From assembly GCA_942493095.1 (NCBI GenBank), contig OW818675.1, forward strand, positions 1,350,001 to 1,382,000: a stretch of DNA of 32,000 bases. Reading direction: 5' to 3'. This document shows, one piece after another, positions 27,407 through 32,000 of this stretch. Origin of the DNA: Candidatus Electronema halotolerans (GTDB taxonomy: Bacteria; Desulfobacterota; Desulfobulbia; Desulfobulbales; Desulfobulbaceae). A model generated the notes under the pieces. It ran no database searches and had not been told where the DNA came from. It saw only the letters and a program-made list of their open reading frames with translations. The stretch's first letter is position 1. Every line of letters begins with the position of its first letter. The position numbers and the translations under genes were made by a program.

Positions 27407-28018
27407 ATGCTGAAGGTCAAATATTTATTTTCTGCTGCAGCAGTGCTGCTGGGCCTCCGCCCTGCGGCAGCCGCAATCAAGTCCTGCGCAGAGCTGCAAG
27501 CGGAGATTGAAGCCAAGCTGGCCGCCAAAAAGGTCAAGGCGTACTGCCTGACTATTGTGGAAAAAGAAGAGGAGGCGCAGGGGAAAACCGTTGGCTCCTG
27601 TGAAAACAGCTCCAAGAAAATTATGTACATCAGGCAGGGGAATGCTCCGGCTGAACCGTCCGGGCAGTCCCAGTCGGCCAAGAACGATTCAGCCGGGGAT
27701 GCTGACTGGCCAGTCATGCAGGTTTGCAGTGACCAGCTGATTGCAACAGCGGGTGGGCAAGAGAAAGTCGTTTTCTCCTGTGGAGACGGCTCCAGGCCCG
27801 TTGACCAAGACAGCGCAGTCGAGGAAGCCTTGGCTAAGGTGACAGCGCAGAGCATCAAGCCATGCCCGGAGCTGAAGGCGGAGATTGAGGCCAAGCTCAA
27901 AGCGCACAAGGTTAAAGCATACACGCTGAACATTGTCAGCAAGAATGCCGATGCGCCGGGCAAGGTGGTGGGCACCTGCGAGAACAGCTCCAAAAAAATC
28001 ATGTACATCAGAAAGTAG
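27407..28018 (+). CDS. Exported protein with two DUF1161-like domains
   Basis: Signal peptide, then IKSCAELQAEIEAKLAAKKVKAYCLTIVEKEEEAQGKTVGSCENSSKKIMYIR and a second copy IKPCPELKAEIEAKLKAHKVKAYTLNIVSKNADAPGKVVGTCENSSKKIMYIRK; SD aaggagag. Confidence 0.8.
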   Translation: MLKVKYLFSAAAVLLGLRPAAAAIKSCAELQAEIEAKLAAKKVKAYCLTIVEKEEEAQGKTVGSCENSSKKIMYIRQGNAPAEPSGQSQSAKNDSAGDADWPVMQVCSDQLIATAGGQEKVVFSCGDGSRPVDQDSAVEEALAKVTAQSIKPCPELKAEIEAKLKAHKVKAYTLNIVSKNADAPGKVVGTCENSSKKIMYIRK

Positions 28019-28228
28019 GGCTTGGGAGGGCGGCAGCAGGTGCTCTCCTGCTTCCTGTCCAAGGCCTCCGCTCTTGCTCCTCAGCCTGCCGCTTTTCCGC
28101 CCTTGCCGGTGATTGTCCGTGACTTTGCTGGATAAAATGGTACAATAACAGATTGCATTGCAAGACACTGCACAAGCAGCTCATTATTTCAAACAACAAT
28201 GACAGAATGCAGGAGGAATGCTGTTACC

Positions 28229-29011
28229 ATGAAGCCTTCACGGCAGCCGGGCGGCCCGGTGGAAGAGAATTCAGGACAGGACAGCGGCGAAGGGCAGAGT
28301 GCGGAGGGCATCGGGAACGTGCTGGAACGGTATTTTGACGACATCACGGCCCGCTGCCCTTATGAAATGCCGCATAAGGCGGTGTATCATCAGGCCATGT
28401 TCGGCCCGCTGACCGATGCGACGATGGGAGTGCTTTTCGAGAACGGCTACCGCCGCAACGGCAACTGCATGTATGCGATGCGCTGCCCGCGCTGCAGCAA
28501 ATGCGTGCCCATCCGTCTGACCCCGCAGGAATTTCAACCCAACCGCAGCCAGAAGCGGGTCTGGCGAAAAAATCATAACATCTCGGTCGGCCTGGCGCCA
28601 GTGACCATGTCGGATGAGAACTTGGAGCTGCTGGACCGCTTTCTCACCACCCGCTTTCCTGCCAGCCAGGCTGATGCGGAAAGCTATTACAATGATTTTT
28701 TCATCACTGGCATGACCAAGTGCTTTGAAATCCGCTACCGGTCGGAAAACAACAAGCTGCTTGGCGTGGCTGTGATTGACTGCTCAGACCAGTGGCTCAA
28801 TGCGGTGTACTTCTATTTTGACCCGGCGCAGGACTGGCGCAGCCCCGGCACGCTCAACATCCTTTATCTGATTGATTTCTGCCGTCGGCACGGCATAGTC
28901 AGCCTCTATCTCGGCTACTGGATTGAAGGGCTGAAGGGAATGCACTACAAGACCGATTTCCGGCCCCACGAGATTCTCGAAAAGGGCCGCTGGCTGCGGG
29001 TGGAACGGTGA
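28229..29011 (+). CDS. bpt: Aspartate/glutamate leucyl(arginyl)-transferase
   Basis: YFDDITARCPYEMPHKAVYHQAMFGPLTDATMGVLFENGYRRNGNCMYAMRCPRCSKCVPIRL...YFYFDPAQDWRSPGTLNILYLIDFCRRHGIVSLYLGYWIEGLKGMHYKTDFRPHEIL. Confidence 0.9.
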   Translation: MKPSRQPGGPVEENSGQDSGEGQSAEGIGNVLERYFDDITARCPYEMPHKAVYHQAMFGPLTDATMGVLFENGYRRNGNCMYAMRCPRCSKCVPIRLTPQEFQPNRSQKRVWRKNHNISVGLAPVTMSDENLELLDRFLTTRFPASQADAESYYNDFFITGMTKCFEIRYRSENNKLLGVAVIDCSDQWLNAVYFYFDPAQDWRSPGTLNILYLIDFCRRHGIVSLYLGYWIEGLKGMHYKTDFRPHEILEKGRWLRVER

Positions 29012-29017
29012 AGCTGC

Positions 29018-30133
29018 TCACTTGCCCGTCCTGATGCGGAGTGTCACCCGGCGGTTGAGCCGCCGTCCTTCTGCGGTCTTGTTGGAGGCGACTGGTTTGG
29101 CATAACCGTACCAGTAGAGCAGAATCCGCTTCTTGTTCAGCCCCGGAAAATTGGTGAGCAAATATCTGCGTGCGCTTTCCGCCCGCCGCCGGGAGAGATG
29201 CAGGTTGTAGTGCTTGGTGCCGATGCTGTCGCAGAAGCCGGAAAGCACGGCGTAGTCCTTGGGATTTTCCAGCAAGTGACGGCCCAGCCTGTCTAAGGTG
29301 TTGCGGTATTCCTTCCTGATTTCAGACTTGTCAAAGGCAAAGAGCACATTAGGGAAGGGGCTGTCCGCAGGCATGTAGAGCCTGCCGAACAGATGCTCAG
29401 GATGCTCGGCAACGGTGTCAAAATCGATCACCTGCGAGCAGTCGTTGACTTCGGCAATATCATTGAGCAGCTTCTCGGCGGTGCTGTTGGTCGCGCTGCT
29501 GATCAGATTGAAGCAGACATCGTATTTTTCCGCCAGCATCTTGGCCTGCGCCAGCGGTTCCGGCTCATCAACTCCTTCAAAGCGGGAGGCGGCTCCGTTG
29601 GTGAACATGAAGACCTCAGTCCGGCCCGGCAGGCCAAGCAGATGCTCCAGCTTCATCAGGGCAATCTGGAGCATGGGCGGGCCGGAGCTGCGCACTGGCA
29701 GCTGCTCCAGCGCGGCAGTGAAGGCAGACCGGTCATACTTGTGCAGGGGATAGTACGGATGAAAGCCATGCTTGGCCCCAGGCAGCCACATCACATTTTT
29801 CCAGTGCGGATACAGTCCTGCCTGCCAGTTCAGCTCCGGCAGACTGGCATTGCTCTCCAGCAGAATTTCCTTGGATTTTTCCAGCCGTGTCAGGCCGGTG
29901 TTCTTGTAGGGCACGGTCATGGCCGTGGAGGGATCATAGAAGACAAAAAAGTTGTCCGCCATCCGCACATACTGCTTTGGACCAATCAGCTCCGGCTGCC
30001 ATATCCAGCCTTTTTTCGTTGACGGCGAAATGGTTTTCCTGCCGTGGGCCGCAGCAGTGCCGACAATGCTCGGAAGGAATAATAAACACGCTGAGAGCAA
30101 GGCCAAAATTTGTAATTTTTTCATCATCATCAC
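29018..30133 (-). CDS. OmpA-family C-terminal domain protein with signal peptide
   Basis: MMMMKKLQILALLSACLLFLPSIVGTAAA...NVLFAFDKSEIRKEYRNTLDRLGRHLLENPKDYAVLSGFCDSIGTKHYNLHLSRRRAESARRYLL...GRRLNRRVTLRI. Confidence 0.9.
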   Translation of the reverse strand: MMMMKKLQILALLSACLLFLPSIVGTAAAHGRKTISPSTKKGWIWQPELIGPKQYVRMADNFFVFYDPSTAMTVPYKNTGLTRLEKSKEILLESNASLPELNWQAGLYPHWKNVMWLPGAKHGFHPYYPLHKYDRSAFTAALEQLPVRSSGPPMLQIALMKLEHLLGLPGRTEVFMFTNGAASRFEGVDEPEPLAQAKMLAEKYDVCFNLISSATNSTAEKLLNDIAEVNDCSQVIDFDTVAEHPEHLFGRLYMPADSPFPNVLFAFDKSEIRKEYRNTLDRLGRHLLENPKDYAVLSGFCDSIGTKHYNLHLSRRRAESARRYLLTNFPGLNKKRILLYWYGYAKPVASNKTAEGRRLNRRVTLRIRTGK

Positions 30134-30879
30134 AATATGATTCGGTCTCCGGCGACCGGCAGCAGGGCTTGGGGAACAGTTCGGATTTTCTCCTCAATGG
30201 CAGGCAGTTCGTTGCGCCGCAGTTCATGATCCAGATGCACCAAGGCAATCTGGCCCAGCTCCAGCTCTTCCGTCAACTGCAAGGTGCTGGTGACAGAGCC
30301 GTGATAGGGAAAGGTGTCCACCATGCTGAAGGACTCATGAATGACAAAATCAGTGCCTTGGATCAGCTCCCGCGCATGGCGGCCCGCCCGCCCGTCACCG
30401 CTGTAGTAGAGCCGGTGCTGGCCGTCGTCCAGCCGCAGGCCCAGATTGTACTGCGAATGCTGCGTCAGCGCAGCGGCCCAGTCCAGTCCGGCCAGCGAAA
30501 TGCTCTCTTGGGCGTGAAGAAGGTGAAATTCAAAGCTGAAGCTGAGTTTTCGCTCAAAGGTGGGATAGGCTAAATCCAGCACCTGCCTGACCTTGCTTTC
30601 AATGCCCTTCTGGCCGATGATGGTCAGCGGTCTGGTTCTGCCAAGCTGCCAGAAACGGAGGAAGAGGAGGGGCAGGCCAAGGAAATGATCGCCGTGAAAA
30701 TGGGAAATCCAAACTATGTCAAGCTGTTCCGGCTGGTCAACCGTACGGAAATACTGATGCGCCACTGAAAAGCCGCAGTCGAGCAGGATTCTGAGTCCAT
30801 TGTTGGTTGTGATCAGCGAGGAGCTGTTGCCGTGCGCGGTGTCACAGGCCTCCCCGACGCCGAGAAAGAAAATTTCCAC
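30130..30879 (-). CDS. Metallo-beta-lactamase fold hydrolase (ribonuclease Z-like)
   Basis: VEIFFLGVGEACDTAHGNSSSLITTNNGLRILLDCGFS...DIVWISHFHGDHFLGLPLLFLRF...LYYSGDGR...LVHLDHELRR; GTG 30879 with GGGAG upstream is a better start than 30924. Confidence 0.85.
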   Translation of the reverse strand: MEIFFLGVGEACDTAHGNSSSLITTNNGLRILLDCGFSVAHQYFRTVDQPEQLDIVWISHFHGDHFLGLPLLFLRFWQLGRTRPLTIIGQKGIESKVRQVLDLAYPTFERKLSFSFEFHLLHAQESISLAGLDWAAALTQHSQYNLGLRLDDGQHRLYYSGDGRAGRHARELIQGTDFVIHESFSMVDTFPYHGSVTSTLQLTEELELGQIALVHLDHELRRNELPAIEEKIRTVPQALLPVAGDRIIL

Positions 30880-30931
30880 CGTAGCTGCTCCCGATACTTT
30901 TTTTCTTGCAAATAGTTCTTGCAAGTTGCAC

Positions 30932-31237
30932 TTAATTAAAAGTGGGTGTATCTACCACTATTGTTTTCACTAAAAAATTGAAAGCACCTGTTCTGTCCTG
31001 ACAAACTCTTGACCCATCGACAAGCTTAATGGTCTTTGCGCTACCAAGCTTGTCGTTCACTACACCAGTTTGAGGATGTGTCTTGCTGGTGTATTCTTCT
31101 GTGTTTATTACTACTCGACAACCTTTTTTAAAAGCAATCCATTCAAGGCGTTTGCGGAACTTGTAGAAAAAAATTCCCATCATTACTCTTATAGCGATTA
31201 CGGGTTGAGTGGCTATCAGATTCCTTTGCCTTGTCAA
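30932..31237 (-). pseudogene. C-terminal remnant of an IS200/IS605-type TnpB-like (OrfB) protein
   Basis: ...IRVMMGIFFYKFRKRLEWIAFKKGCRVVINTEEYTSKTHPQTGVVNDKLG...SRVCQDRTGAFNFLVKTIVVDTPTF resembles the TnpB C-terminus (EEYTSKTC..CG...DRDxNGARxI), but with altered zinc-finger cysteines and no N-terminal part. Confidence 0.6.
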
Positions 31238-31445
31238 AAGTTTTATGTATATAAATTCAATATGTTATACAGGTAACAACATAGCGGACTGATTGCCGTG
31301 AGACGCATAACTGCTATAGTAGTCAACTGTTGTCAACCTTGCAGGACTGACCCGTTGCCAAAGGCATGATGCTTCTGTTTACTTCCTGTTTACTATAGGT
31401 GTTTTTAGCTGCCGAAGCAAGCCGCTTTCGCAGAGAAAAAAATAA

Positions 31446-32000
31446 TCAGGCGCGGAGCGGCAGAACGAATTTGTCCGGCTCCGCCTGTCCGGCGAGCTGT
31501 TCAGGAGGAAAGTTCACAAAGGAAAACAGATGGTTTTCCAGTTCACCGCATTTGCGGAAGTTGTCCCGGATGCCCTGCTGCCTGCGCGCATCGCCGCCGC
31601 TGTATTTCTCCAAAATGTAGTCCAGCCGTTCCGGCAGACTGACAATCTTGTCATGCAGGACCCGCTTGTCCGCATAATAGACAATCTCTTGGGCGGAGAA
31701 AATGCCCTGCTGATACCGCGCCGGAGCAAAATCCGAGAGGATGACATGCGCGGCGACAATCTCGGCAATTTCCGGCAAGCCCAGACTGCGGCAGAGTTCC
31801 GCCCCAGCCTTGGCATGGTTGCAGCCGCTTTTCAGGCAGGGGGTTTTGGCAATGTCATGCAGGAGCGCGCCGCTGATGCAGAGCTGAAGATCAGGCGGCT
31901 GGCGGCTGGTTTTGCCCAGCTCCTCAGCCAGCAGGGCGGCCACGCGGGCGACGACAAAGGAATGCTCGCGGATATTGGCCAGCATTCCGTGCTCTTCCAT
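31446..32000 (-). CDS. HD-domain phosphohydrolase
   Basis: REHSFVVARVAALLAEELG...LCISGALLHDIAKTPCLKSGCNHAKAGAELCRSLGLPEIAEIVAAHV; ATG lies exactly at the window edge, so an upstream start cannot be excluded. Confidence 0.85.
   Translation of the reverse strand: MEEHGMLANIREHSFVVARVAALLAEELGKTSRQPPDLQLCISGALLHDIAKTPCLKSGCNHAKAGAELCRSLGLPEIAEIVAAHVILSDFAPARYQQGIFSAQEIVYYADKRVLHDKIVSLPERLDYILEKYSGGDARRQQGIRDNFRKCGELENHLFSFVNFPPEQLAGQAEPDKFVLPLRA

Overview
The window looks like a chromosomal segment from a Desulfobulbales-like (possibly cable-bacterium-related) genome. That assignment is inferred from gene style only. The best-supported contents are: (i) the 5' part of an adenosylcobalamin-dependent ribonucleotide reductase gene (nrdJ-like), running off the left edge and interrupted at the ATNP/C active-site position by an HNH-type intein; (ii) tRNA-Phe(GAA); (iii) dnaE with a second, 229-aa endonuclease-poor intein at FNK/SHSAAYA; (iv) a locally decayed 3.6-kb island with a candidate MITE, a frameshifted IS481-like transposase, and a secreted RCC1-repeat gene carrying six frameshifting indels that together restore frame; (v) housekeeping genes: an HPF/RaiA-cold-shock fusion, hemH, glyQ, a CoA-binding protein, an FMN reductase, trmFO, bpt and an HD hydrolase; (vi) a compact four-gene cluster with a Zn-ribbon/HAMP membrane protein and a PhnD-like binding protein without a transporter; (vii) a HAD phosphatase fused to two tandem divergent HisB-like domains; (viii) a periplasmic five-heme cytochrome fused to a C-terminal group-1 truncated hemoglobin, followed by a DsrE-like gene. 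Item (viii) is the strongest candidate for an unusual physiological system, and the two-intein and HAD-HisB-HisB observations are also notable. No CRISPR array was found.
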